Shown here: positions 8,405 to 18,065 of the stretch, piece by piece | Numbering within the stretch: the stretch's first letter is position 1 | Layout: each line of letters begins with the position of its first letter | Assembly (NCBI GenBank): GCA_022844165.1 | Contig: JALHMH010000001.1 | Span: 160,001-224,000, forward strand | Direction: 5' to 3' | Source of the DNA: Lysobacterales bacterium | GTDB taxonomy: Bacteria; Pseudomonadota; Gammaproteobacteria; Xanthomonadales; SZUA-5 | DNA: 64,000 nucleotides | Notes under the pieces: model-generated | Seen by the model: only the letters and a program-made list of their open reading frames with translations | Told to the model about the DNA's origin: nothing | Databases searched by the model: none | Program-made: the position numbers and the translations under genes

Positions 8405-10807
8405 TCAGTCAAGGATCAACCGAGCTGCCATCGTGCAGGGAATCCCCATGTAATAAACGAGTCGTTGCAGCACTTCGAGCGCGTTGCGTACGCTTGATGC
8501 GTGCCCTCGTGCGCCCAGGAACGTCGCGATCGCAGCCGCCTCGCACAAGCAACGCAGCGCGGCGGCGAATAACATCATCCCGAGCGACCACGACGCCCAC
8601 CAGATCGTCAATCCCGTCAGATACGCCCACGCACCGTAGGTGTAGTACTCGCCAAAGACGCTGCCAAAGGCGATCACCTGGTGGAGTCGGAACGCCACCA
8701 GCGCCGGCAGAAGCGGAAACAACGCGAACTTGACGATGGCATGGTCGAGCCAGCGGTGCCGAGCGGCGGCACGCTGCTGCGCATACAGCGAAAGTTGGCA
8801 GTGACGTGTCGTTACGCTGATCCCCGCGGAATTCAGCGCCGCAATCAAAGCCAGTGGATCGCGCATCTCAAGCGGAAATGTCCGCCCGGCGCTCAGGCGA
8901 AGCGTGACGCCGAAGCCCGGCGCCGGCCAGCGCCATGGCTGCAAAGTCGCAATGGCGGGTAACGGTATTTCGATGCGCTGACCACGTTGTTGCAGCAGCA
9001 GCGTGTTGCCATCGATTCGGGCCTGAAATGTGTTCGCAGCGCGAATGACGTGCGCAGCGAGAAGCGGCGCCAGTACGAGCCATGCGTAAGCCTGCAGCTG
9101 CCCGAGCGAATACACCTGGAATCCGTCGCGCAGCATGGCTGCCAACAGCCATAGCAAGCCGATGAGCGCGATGCACTGAAGCAAGACCACACCGCCCCGG
9201 AGGACGCCGGGCAATACCGCACCGTGCAGATCTGGCCTGTACCGCCTGCGTTGTGGCCACCACGCGGCTGCGCCAAGCGCCAGAAGTAGCAAGCTCGCCG
9301 CACCGCCGAGCCAATCGCCCCAGCGGACCATCAGGGTGACTGGTGGATTGCGGATCGGCACCGCACCCCCCAGAACTGCCTGATCGCCAATCGCGGCGCT
9401 GGCCAGGACTTCGCCACTAGGATCGACGAATGCGGTCAACCCGTTGGTGGTCACGCGCAATTGCGGCAAGCGAGTCTCGATGCTGCGAAAAATCGCCACC
9501 CAAAGGTGCAGGGTGGCACCCTCGCTGCTGGCGCTGAACCAGGCATCGTTGGACAGACTGATCAGTGCTTGTGCGCCGAGGCGCGCGGCGTCGAGCGCCA
9601 ATTCTGGATGCACATCGTCCAGGCAGATCAGCGGCGCAATTTGCAGCTCGCCGTTTGGCGCGCGCAGCGGGAATACGCGTGCGCCATCGCCGCGTCGCCA
9701 GGAACCCGCCCAGGGAAACGCGGCGCGAAACCTCGGTCCGTCGAGCCAACCGGGCACAAATTCGGTGAGCGGAAATGGATGAGTTTTTCGATAGCGCCCC
9801 ACGATTCCGGTCGCGTCCAGCAGCACGGCACTGTTGTATTCACCGAGCGTATCGACCTCGTAACTTCCAAACAGCAGCGGCACGCCAGTCGAATCCACGA
9901 ATCGCCGGATTTCCGCATCGAAGTCTGCGCCTTCCGTGCTGCGTGGTTGATCGAAGGTTGTTGGGTAAACAGTTTCCGACCATAGCAGCGCCTGCGCGCC
10001 GTTTTTTTCGATCGCATCGCGAGACAATTCGAAGTGCCTGTCGAGTACGCGGCGCACCACCCCATAGGTGCCGAGCGTTTCGCGTTGGCGTTCGTAGTCC
10101 ACCAAATTGGATTGCACCATAGCGATGCGGATCCATGGCGTCGGTTCCGCGAATGCCTGCTGCAGTTGCGATAAGCGCCAATGCCCGTAAGCCCACATCG
10201 TCATCGGTACCAACGCAGCGCATGTCGCCCAGGCCGTCGCACTGCGCCAAGTGCGAATGGCCAGTATGGAACGGGCGGCAGCGTCGTTGGTGATCAACAG
10301 CAAGGCCGTGATCGCCGCAACGCCGCCCAGATCCGCGATCTGGCGCAGCGCGGTCGCGGTCGCAAGCCCATGACCCAGACTGTCGCCCAGGAGCTTTGGC
10401 CACCACCACTCGCAGGCGATCCATGCGCTCGCTCCAGCGATGCCGGCGATGGCTGCCCCGTAGCGGCGCCTAGCCGCGTTGCGCAACGTTGCGAAGGCCA
10501 GGAACTGTGGTTGCATCAGCGGCGCAAGAAAAATCAGCGACGCGGTTGCAAGGCCACCGCCGATGCCAGTGAAGTTGCCGACGGCAATGCCAAACCAGCT
10601 GAACACCGCCGCCACGAACGCCATACTCATCAAGACGCCGGATAACAACGCGGCGCGCCAACCGAGTCGCTCCAAGGTCAGGAGCCAAGGCACCAGCGCG
10701 ACGAATCCCAAAAGCGGCGATGTTCCACGCGCATACCAAAACAGCAGCAATCCGCTGCCAAGAACGCCGACTACAACTGAGCCGGCGATTCGCAGGCGCG
10801 CAATCAA
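8405..10807 (-). CDS. apolipoprotein N-acyltransferase (Lnt)-like protein with a ~280 aa C-terminal membrane extension
   Basis: N-terminal TM bundle; nitrilase triad WSETVYP / YRKTHPFPLTE / PLICLDD; SNDAWF; RSIETR; extra TM-rich C-terminus. Confidence 0.8.
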   Translation of the reverse strand: MIARLRIAGSVVVGVLGSGLLLFWYARGTSPLLGFVALVPWLLTLERLGWRAALLSGVLMSMAFVAAVFSWFGIAVGNFTGIGGGLATASLIFLAPLMQPQFLAFATLRNAARRRYGAAIAGIAGASAWIACEWWWPKLLGDSLGHGLATATALRQIADLGGVAAITALLLITNDAAARSILAIRTWRSATAWATCAALVPMTMWAYGHWRLSQLQQAFAEPTPWIRIAMVQSNLVDYERQRETLGTYGVVRRVLDRHFELSRDAIEKNGAQALLWSETVYPTTFDQPRSTEGADFDAEIRRFVDSTGVPLLFGSYEVDTLGEYNSAVLLDATGIVGRYRKTHPFPLTEFVPGWLDGPRFRAAFPWAGSWRRGDGARVFPLRAPNGELQIAPLICLDDVHPELALDAARLGAQALISLSNDAWFSASSEGATLHLWVAIFRSIETRLPQLRVTTNGLTAFVDPSGEVLASAAIGDQAVLGGAVPIRNPPVTLMVRWGDWLGGAASLLLLALGAAAWWPQRRRYRPDLHGAVLPGVLRGGVVLLQCIALIGLLWLLAAMLRDGFQVYSLGQLQAYAWLVLAPLLAAHVIRAANTFQARIDGNTLLLQQRGQRIEIPLPAIATLQPWRWPAPGFGVTLRLSAGRTFPLEMRDPLALIAALNSAGISVTTRHCQLSLYAQQRAAARHRWLDHAIVKFALFPLLPALVAFRLHQVIAFGSVFGEYYTYGAWAYLTGLTIWWASWSLGMMLFAAALRCLCEAAAIATFLGARGHASSVRNALEVLQRLVYYMGIPCTMAARLILD

Positions 10808-11463
10808 CCCACTGGCGGCAGCGCGATCTGCCGGATCGGAAGACCAGGTGGCGCCAGATGTGCCGGCACGATGCGGTCCTCCGGGATCGGAATCAGATTG
10901 CCCGCGGCATCTCGAAGCACCGCATCGGGCGCATACATGAGAATCGGCTCGATCGGTTCGCCTTCATCGGTGACCTGATGGTGCCGCACATACCCTGGTG
11001 GCAGAGGAAATTCGGGCGGGACCGCAATACCGATCATCAATGGTACCGTGCCAGGAGGATTGAAAGCCGCGATGCCTTCGGTTTCCCCGGTCGCACGCAA
11101 GGCTCGAATCAACTCGCCGCCGGTAGGTACTGGATCGCCCGGCGAAAAGTAGCTGGCGATGTCGTTTGCATCACCGGTACGCCACTCGGCGGCGGGTTCA
11201 GCGGCCTGTTGTGGCGCAACGATGGGCTGCGGTGCAGGTTGTGCCGCAATGGCGGCATCCACCGTGATCTCGTTGGATGCTGCGGGCGTTGCGATTTGAA
11301 CCACGCCGGACTCGGCTGGCGGGATAGGGCTGGACCTGCGTTTCTGCATCGTCAGTGTCGCCGCGACTGCCAACGCGATAAACACCAGAACGATCGATGC
11401 CAGCGCGAATGGGCGCAAACCCGGCTCGCGCACGATGCGTACGCCGTCCGGGTCAGCACTCAC
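10804..11463 (-). CDS. hypothetical membrane-anchored protein (N-terminal TM, Pro/Ala linker, Pro-rich C-terminal domain)
   Basis: 219 aa; GAGG SD before GTG; stop overlaps the TTG start of the Lnt-like gene. Confidence 0.7.
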   Translation of the reverse strand: MSADPDGVRIVREPGLRPFALASIVLVFIALAVAATLTMQKRRSSPIPPAESGVVQIATPAASNEITVDAAIAAQPAPQPIVAPQQAAEPAAEWRTGDANDIASYFSPGDPVPTGGELIRALRATGETEGIAAFNPPGTVPLMIGIAVPPEFPLPPGYVRHHQVTDEGEPIEPILMYAPDAVLRDAAGNLIPIPEDRIVPAHLAPPGLPIRQIALPPVG

Positions 11464-11606
11464 CGTCTACCTCTGCCATCCGAATCGCCCATGCCAGCAT
11501 GGAGATGCGCGTCGATTGAGGGCGACGGAGGCGCCGCCACAGGGGCAGCGCCTTCGTCGAAGAGCGCAAAGTTGCAGACACATCAATGCGCAACTGGTTG
11601 CCGGCG

Positions 11607-12680
11607 CTAAGGGCTCGCCGGGTTGTATACCGAAATCGCCCAGCCCATTCGCTCATGGCCGAACTGGTTCCAAATCGGGCTCTTGCCATTGCTGAAGCTG
11701 CTGTACCGCGGTGCGCCGCTGCCCGTGCTGCCGCCCCACAATCCGGCCGAAACCGTGCCACCGGTGAATGTCGGGTGGGTGTCGTCCGATTGAATGTAGT
11801 CGAAACTGCTCGATGCGCTGACAAATTTGGTGTTGGCATCGCGGAGGGTCGAACGCAGCGTAACTGAAATGCGATTGACGTAACTGGCCTCGGATTCGCC
11901 CGCCACATAACGCAGCGCTTCGGCGTCGACTTGGCCATCGCCGTTGCTGTCGTGGTCGGCGCCCATGTACTGCGCAAAACTGTCGGCGCATTGGAAACCC
12001 TTCTGGCGAGCGTATTCGCACATCCAGTAGTTCATGGTGGCGATGGCCGGCAGGAATCGATCGCGCAGATTGACCGTTGCGCCGGTTGCTGAGTCGCGGC
12101 AAGAGCTCTGCACGTTGTCGGCGTTATAGCCAGGGTAGTACAGGTTCGAAATGACCTTGAGTCGTGTATTCGGATGGGCGTTCGTATTGATGTAGTCCAT
12201 CGCAGCGGCGACATAGGTCTTGCAGTTATTCACCGCCGTCGCCAATCCGCTGTAATTGCAGGTGCCGGACTGTCCCTTGAACGCCGAGCGTGCCTGCAAG
12301 CCATCGTTGCCGCACATTTCGAAGGTCACAACCCGCGTCGCCGCATTTTGCATGTACGAACGCTCGTTGACGATCTTGCTTTGGTAAACGTCCGAGGCCA
12401 CGGCCCCCGATTTGGCGCGGCGAATGCTCTCAATGTCGGCGTTCCATCTGGCCGACAAATACTCGGCATCGACCGTCGGCGCGGCGTAACGAGCAGCGTT
12501 GCTGATCGAGCCGTTGTAGCCGGCGTAAATCGAATCGCCATAGGCGACAATGCGATACTTGGCTGTCGTGCCAGATCGGTCGACGGTCCAGGACACATTT
12601 TGATTCAAGGTATTGGCCATGGCATGGCCGCCCAAAACGAGCAACAGCGCCAAGGCGCCGCCTTTCGATGCAGTGTTCAT
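11607..12680 (-). CDS. secreted SGNH/GDSL hydrolase
   Basis: GGAGGAG SD; SPI-type signal peptide (AMA/N); blocks YGDS, KSG, CGND, DDTHP; DxDxDG-like loop DSNGDGQVD. Confidence 0.85.
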   Translation of the reverse strand: MNTASKGGALALLLVLGGHAMANTLNQNVSWTVDRSGTTAKYRIVAYGDSIYAGYNGSISNAARYAAPTVDAEYLSARWNADIESIRRAKSGAVASDVYQSKIVNERSYMQNAATRVVTFEMCGNDGLQARSAFKGQSGTCNYSGLATAVNNCKTYVAAAMDYINTNAHPNTRLKVISNLYYPGYNADNVQSSCRDSATGATVNLRDRFLPAIATMNYWMCEYARQKGFQCADSFAQYMGADHDSNGDGQVDAEALRYVAGESEASYVNRISVTLRSTLRDANTKFVSASSSFDYIQSDDTHPTFTGGTVSAGLWGGSTGSGAPRYSSFSNGKSPIWNQFGHERMGWAISVYNPASP

Positions 12681-12770
12681 ACTCCTCCCAGATGAACGAT
12701 GGGAAAGACCGGTTGATCCTTGCGTGATTGGCATGGCGCCGTGTCGAGGCTTCCCCCCATGCCGGCGCGA

Positions 12771-12800
12771 ACGCTACGCGCGCAGTGGCTGCCAGGTCAA
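12771..12800 (-). promoter_or_regulatory. putative sigma70 promoter for the SGNH gene
   Basis: TTGACC-N18-TAGCGT on the minus strand. Confidence 0.35.
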
Positions 12801-13043
12801 CAACCGAAACGTACTTTGGCGTATTGAAGTGCGCGGCGAGGTCTGTTGCGCTGCGTCATGCGACGAATGGCAATGCTGTCGACGTCAAACTGTTCGTCAG
12901 TAAGGCCAGGATGCGCGCTGAACCGGCGCGGTTTGAGCAACCATCAGCGTGTAGGGCCGACGGCTGCTTTGCGGTGCCGGCTTCCTTGCCCGCTCGTCGC
13001 GGTCATTCAAACCGCTTCCTGGCAGATCCTGCACCGCAACAAT

Positions 13044-13508
13044 TCATGCTTTCGAGGGACTGATATACATCGTAACTTTTGCGTCAAAAACGATTTCACC
13101 GCGCGAATCGCGCACTTCAACGGTGCAAATCCGGTCCGCGCCGCTGCCGATCTCGCCGATCGAATCCAGGGTGCCAGAGGCGAACATACGGCCGTTCGCC
13201 TTTTTCAAATAGCGCACCGTCATGCCTTTGGGAATCCAGCGAATTCCCGGCGTCATGGCCGCATCTGTGGCGAGGCCTGCGCAAAACTCGGCGAGGTTGC
13301 ACAACGCGATGGCATGTACGGTACCGATGTGGTTCTGTACCCGCCAGCGATGGCGAATCGTGGCGTCACACACGCCCGGTTCCAAACGCACCAACAATGG
13401 CGCAATGCTGCGAAAGTAGGGCGCTCGAAATCCGATCAGCTGCGATGCGAGCCAGCGCCCGAAGGCGCTGGTGCCCAACTGGCGGTGGAGTTTAAGTGCG
13501 GCGCTCAC
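13044..13508 (-). CDS. hotdog-fold thioesterase-like protein (DUF4442/PaaI-like)
   Basis: APYFRSI, VQNHIGTVHAIALCNLAE, WIPKGMTVRYLKKA; GTGA overlap with fadE. Confidence 0.85.
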   Translation of the reverse strand: MSAALKLHRQLGTSAFGRWLASQLIGFRAPYFRSIAPLLVRLEPGVCDATIRHRWRVQNHIGTVHAIALCNLAEFCAGLATDAAMTPGIRWIPKGMTVRYLKKANGRMFASGTLDSIGEIGSGADRICTVEVRDSRGEIVFDAKVTMYISPSKA

Positions 13509-15982
13509 GCGGCGCTCTTCAGGTGCGGTCGCTGTGGGTCACGGGCTTTCCCGGCGACCAGATCGGCCGTGTCGAACTCATCCACGGCGATGATGTCGGC
13601 GGTGAGTTGCCGTGCGCGTTCCAACTGCGTACGCTCGTCCGCGGCGATCACGCCGTATTGCACGGCTTGCTGCAACTGCTGGTCGATGTCCAGTGCCTGG
13701 ATTGTCCCGGCCTTAACCGCTTTGGCGACCTTGCGTTCGATCGGTTCGGCTTCGATGACCACTTTCAGTGCCGCATCGATTTTGCCGACCTCGTTGAACG
13801 CGCTCGGCGTTAGATAACAGAACTCTGCGAGGCGATCGCGGGCTTCGTTAGGGTACATCAGCAGTGTGGCCACACGACGGCCCAGGCGATCGCTCGGCGC
13901 ATTTTCCAATCGTCCCAGCGGAAACACCAGTGCGCGCAACACCCACGCGACCGGGCGCACCGGGAAATTGCGCAACACGCCGTCGAGCGCGGTTTGAATT
14001 TTCGCGATGCTGTCGTGAAACGCCCAGGCCAACAACGGCCGATCGAGCTCAGGTCGACCTTGATCCTCGAAGCGCTTCAACATGCTGGATGCGATGTACA
14101 GCTGACTGAGGACATCGCCCAGGCGTGCAGAAATGCGTTCTTTCTGCTTCAGTTTGCCACCCAGAATCAACATCGACGTATCCGCCACCAGCGCCAGGGC
14201 TGCGCTGTATCGAGACAACTTGCGATAGAAGCGCCGCGTGTATCGATCCGCCCTGGGCGCGGTACCGATACGACTGTGGGTCAAGCCAAACAGCAGTGAA
14301 CGTGCAGCATTCGAGATAGCAAAGCCGACGTGCGCAAACAACGTGCGGTCGAAGGTTTTGAGGCGCTCTTCTGGGTGCGCGATGGTGGCCGACTGCATCA
14401 GTTTGAGCACGTAAGGGTGACAACGAATCGCACCCTGACCGAAGATAATCATGTTGCGCGTCAGGATGTTTGCGCCCTCGACTGTGACGCTGATCGGCGC
14501 ACCCTGCCAGGCACGGCCGAGATAGTTTTTCGGCCCGAGGATAATGGTCTTGCCGCCGTGGATATCCATCGCGTCCTGGACCACTTGCCTGCCGACCTCA
14601 GTGGCGTGGTACTTCGCGATCGCCGAAGGTACGGCTGGCTTCTCGCCCTGATCGACCGCGGCCGCAGTGGCCCGCGACAATGCAGTCACCGCGTAGGTCA
14701 ATCCACCGATGCGCGCCAGCGCTTCTTCGATACCTTCGAAACGTCCAATAGACATGCCGAATTGTTTGCGGATGCGGGCATAGGCGCCGGTGGCGAGCGC
14801 TCCGGCGCGCATCGCGCCTGCGGAACTCGATGGCAACGAAATGGCGCGGCCAACACTCAAACATTCGACCAGCATCCGCCAACCCTGGCCGGCGTAGGCT
14901 GCGCCGCCAATCAAGCGCTCGATCGGGATCAGAACGTTGGTGCCACGAATCGGACCGTTCTGGAACGGGATGTTGAGCGGCAGATGGCGCTTGCCGATCT
15001 CCATCCCTGGCGTGTCTCGAGGAATCAGCGCCAGAGTGATCCCGATGTCCTCTTTCTCGCCCAGCAGGTGCTGTGGATCGTGCAGGCGGAAAGCAAGGCC
15101 GATCACGGTCGCCACTGGCGCAAGCGTGATGTAGCGCTTCTCAAAATTCAGGCGCACTCCGATGGTCTCCACACCATCGATCATCTCCCGCACGACGACG
15201 CCATAGTCCGGGATTGAGGTCGCATCCGACCCGGCCCACGGGTTGGTCAAGCCGAAACACGGTATGTCGCGGCCGTCGGCCAGTCGCGGCAGATAGTGGC
15301 TCTTTTGCTCGTCGGTGCCGTAGTGCAACAGCAGCTCGGCGGGGCCAAGCGAGTTGGGGACCGCAACGGTCGAGGATAACGTCGGGCTGACACCTGCGAG
15401 TTTCTGCAATACCGCCGAATGTGCATGCGCAGAGAACTCCAGTCCACCGTAGCGTTTGGGAATGATCATCCCGAAGAATTTGTGGGTCTTGAGGAACTCC
15501 CAAATCCGCGGCGGAAGGTCGTTGCGCTCGTGTGTGATTTCCCAGTCGTTGACCATGGCGCAGACCTCTTCCACCGGTCCTGCCAAAAAGTTGAGCTCAT
15601 CGCGTGTCAAATGTGGCGCAGGGGCTTTGAGCAATTTTGACCATCGTGGTCGACCACTGAACAGCTCGCCTTCGAATCCAACGGTGCCGGCCTCGAGGGC
15701 GACGCGTTCGGTTTCCGACAACTGCGGCGCAATTTTGATGTACATGTCGAGGGCCAGCTGCGAGATCAACTTCGTTCGCAGCGGTGCATAGTTCAGTACC
15801 ACTGCGGTGCCGAGAAAGGCGGCCCAGCACAAGCCCAGCGTCACCCAGTCTGCGCCACTGTAGAGCGAGGCGATCAAGAGCGCGCCAGCGGAAAGCGCGG
15901 TCCAAGGTCTTAGCCCAAGTCGTGCGTACGCACAACCGATGCCGACGAGAAGCAGTGAAAGCAGTGGAATCAGGGATAACAT
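13505..15982 (-). CDS. fadE: long acyl-CoA dehydrogenase FadE
   Basis: 825 aa; SETERVALEAGTV, VPNSLGPAELL, KRYITLAPVAT, TVEGANILTR. Confidence 0.95.
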   Translation of the reverse strand: MLSLIPLLSLLLVGIGCAYARLGLRPWTALSAGALLIASLYSGADWVTLGLCWAAFLGTAVVLNYAPLRTKLISQLALDMYIKIAPQLSETERVALEAGTVGFEGELFSGRPRWSKLLKAPAPHLTRDELNFLAGPVEEVCAMVNDWEITHERNDLPPRIWEFLKTHKFFGMIIPKRYGGLEFSAHAHSAVLQKLAGVSPTLSSTVAVPNSLGPAELLLHYGTDEQKSHYLPRLADGRDIPCFGLTNPWAGSDATSIPDYGVVVREMIDGVETIGVRLNFEKRYITLAPVATVIGLAFRLHDPQHLLGEKEDIGITLALIPRDTPGMEIGKRHLPLNIPFQNGPIRGTNVLIPIERLIGGAAYAGQGWRMLVECLSVGRAISLPSSSAGAMRAGALATGAYARIRKQFGMSIGRFEGIEEALARIGGLTYAVTALSRATAAAVDQGEKPAVPSAIAKYHATEVGRQVVQDAMDIHGGKTIILGPKNYLGRAWQGAPISVTVEGANILTRNMIIFGQGAIRCHPYVLKLMQSATIAHPEERLKTFDRTLFAHVGFAISNAARSLLFGLTHSRIGTAPRADRYTRRFYRKLSRYSAALALVADTSMLILGGKLKQKERISARLGDVLSQLYIASSMLKRFEDQGRPELDRPLLAWAFHDSIAKIQTALDGVLRNFPVRPVAWVLRALVFPLGRLENAPSDRLGRRVATLLMYPNEARDRLAEFCYLTPSAFNEVGKIDAALKVVIEAEPIERKVAKAVKAGTIQALDIDQQLQQAVQYGVIAADERTQLERARQLTADIIAVDEFDTADLVAGKARDPQRPHLKSAA

Positions 15983-16073
15983 GCAGTTCTCCGAACGAAA
16001 TCGGTGTGCTGGGGGGAGGTAACTTCGTGCCGTTGGTCGGCACGAAAATCTAAGTTGGAGACGATCGGTGCGC

Positions 16074-17012
16074 TCACCGGAATTGCTCCAAGAATCGAGC
16101 GATCTCGCGCGTAAATGCGTCGTTCCGATCGCCTACAACCATGTGCGTTGCGTCTTCGATTTGGACATGTTCGGCATGCGGGACGAGCTGCAGAAACTCG
16201 CCGATGGTTTGCCGGCTGACGACATCCGAGCGCCCGCCGCTCAGGAGTAGCAGCGGCACATCGACCTTCGCCGCAGCGGCTTGTAGGCGAGGGATGTAAC
16301 CGGCTGCCTCTTGAGCCACGCGATCCATCAATCGAGGATCCCAATGCCAACGCCAGCGACCGCCGACGGGCCGCAACTGCGTGCGCAATCGTTCCGGGTC
16401 CTTGCGTTCGCGGTGCGGCAAATAACGCGCCACTTCATCCGCCGCGTGCTGCAGGCTGTCGAATCCTTCTGGGTGGGCCGCCATGAAGGCTAAGATGCGG
16501 TTGACGCCGGCGCTTTCCCATCGTGGCGTGACATCGACCAGCACCATGGCACGGAATGGGCCGTTTTGAGACGAGCAAGCGTCTGCGTGTTCTCCGACGA
16601 CTCCTGCTCGATGCGTCGACGCCGGGGTGCCATCGGCCGTTGTCGCGCTTTGCGAAGCACGCTCGCCTTGCAGCAAGAGTCCCAGCAGGCCGCCCATCGA
16701 AGCGCCGATGAGAATTGACCCGGGATGATCGTCTGCCATCGCTCCCAGATCGTGGGCAAACTGCTCCAGTCTGTAATTCCCGCTGGGCAGCCAGTCCGAA
16801 TCGCCATGACCGCGACCATCGAGTGCCAGCCCGAACCAGCCCTGTTCGGCCATGCTCAAAGCACTGTTGCGCCAGGCTTGCCGATTCTGTCCAAAGCCAT
16901 GTGCGAAGATCAGCGGCGGATGACTTGGATCGCCGAAGGCTTCGACAGACAAAGCCAGCCCGTCGACCGTCGGCCGCTTCAGCAGCGTTGACGCTGTTGC
17001 AATCGAATCCAT
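16074..17012 (-). CDS. alpha/beta fold hydrolase
   Basis: HGFGQ, DGRGHGDS, GASMGG, SDVV, ATHMV; start probably ATG 17012. Confidence 0.85.
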   Translation of the reverse strand: MDSIATASTLLKRPTVDGLALSVEAFGDPSHPPLIFAHGFGQNRQAWRNSALSMAEQGWFGLALDGRGHGDSDWLPSGNYRLEQFAHDLGAMADDHPGSILIGASMGGLLGLLLQGERASQSATTADGTPASTHRAGVVGEHADACSSQNGPFRAMVLVDVTPRWESAGVNRILAFMAAHPEGFDSLQHAADEVARYLPHRERKDPERLRTQLRPVGGRWRWHWDPRLMDRVAQEAAGYIPRLQAAAAKVDVPLLLLSGGRSDVVSRQTIGEFLQLVPHAEHVQIEDATHMVVGDRNDAFTREIARFLEQFR

Positions 17013-17062
17013 ACGCCCGAGTATGTTGACGCCGTGAAGTGCTGTCAATACGCTTGCGTATG
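17010..17062. promoter_or_regulatory. overlapping divergent sigma70 promoters with two palindromic TetR operators
   Basis: Minus strand TTGACA(17048-43)-N17-CATACT; plus strand TTGACG(17026)-N17-TACGCT; palindromes CATACGCCCGAGTATG (17010-25) and AATACGCTTGCGTATG (17047-62). Confidence 0.75.
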
Positions 17063-17091
17063 GAGTGCGTTCACGGGTCTTCTACGCAGTT

Positions 17092-17697
17092 ATGACAAAC
17101 ACCGAATTAGCCGAAGTCGAGAGTGTTGCCGACAAGCCCGAGCGTCAGCGCTTGTCCGCGCAGGATTGGGAAATTGCCGCGCTGGAGCTGATGGCAGAAG
17201 AGGGCGTTGCGGCGGTTGCCGTAGAGTCGCTCGCGCGTCGACTGGGCGTGACCAAGGGAAGTTTCTATTGGCACTTCAGTACGCGTGACGCGCTGATCGA
17301 GGCCGCGCTCAAGCGCTGGGAAGACACCGATAACCACAACACCATCGCCCGTGCCGAGCAAATCGAAAACCCCACCAGGCGCCTGCGCGAGCTGTTCCGC
17401 CAGACCAGTCGCGAAATGCGCTCGCACAAAATTTATGCTGCGCTGTTGAAGGCGGCTGACCATCCGGTCGTAGCGCCCGTCATGGAGCGTGTATCCAATG
17501 AGCGCATCGCCTATCTCGCGCGTGTGTTCGTGCAAGCTGGGATGCAGCCGGTCGATGCCGATCACCGTGCGCGCCTGACCTATTCGACCTACGTTGGCTT
17601 CCTGCAACTTGCCCTGCAGTTTCGCGCATCGCGTTTGAGTTCCGATGCGTTCGACGACTATGTCGGGCACGTGATCGACACTTTGGTCCCGAATTGA
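17092..17697 (+). CDS. TetR/AcrR family regulator
   Basis: HTH LARRLGVTKGSFYWHF; divergent from the hydrolase-fadE unit. Confidence 0.9.
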   Translation: MTNTELAEVESVADKPERQRLSAQDWEIAALELMAEEGVAAVAVESLARRLGVTKGSFYWHFSTRDALIEAALKRWEDTDNHNTIARAEQIENPTRRLRELFRQTSREMRSHKIYAALLKAADHPVVAPVMERVSNERIAYLARVFVQAGMQPVDADHRARLTYSTYVGFLQLALQFRASRLSSDAFDDYVGHVIDTLVPN

Positions 17698-17795
17698 AGA
17701 TGTCGATGTTTTCGGCCCCCCGTTTGGCGGATCCGGCGAGATGACGGACGCCTTCGATTTCATCGAGGTGTATCCCGAGGACTCGATCGCGTCTT

Positions 17796-18065
17796 GTGTG
17801 CGGAGAATTCGATATTTCGATGCCTGTGGGCAGGACATCCTTGAGAGGTATGCAGCTGAACTCCATCTCTCTCGGCGATAGCGTGTGCGCACGCGAGCAG
17901 AACGTTGCGCACCTGATGATTGACGATGCGGCGTCTCTGTACGCGCGTTTGGTGGGAAGCAACGTCACGATCATCAAGGAAATTCGCGGCGCCGACTTCG
18001 GACTGACCTGCTTTGTCTTTGCTGATCCGGATGGCAATCGAATCGACGTTGGACAAATGCTCTGA
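17796..18065 (+). pseudogene. VOC/glyoxalase family remnant, probably 5'-truncated
   Basis: C-terminal FG...FVFADPDGNRIDVG motif; no SD, and an in-frame TGA lies upstream. Confidence 0.45.

Noticed and set aside
4118-8412. Long antisense ORFs (433 aa, 571 aa), and similar ones opposite the RND gene, acs, fusA and tuf
   Set aside because: Shadow frames of real genes in GC-rich DNA; no motifs or SD sequences
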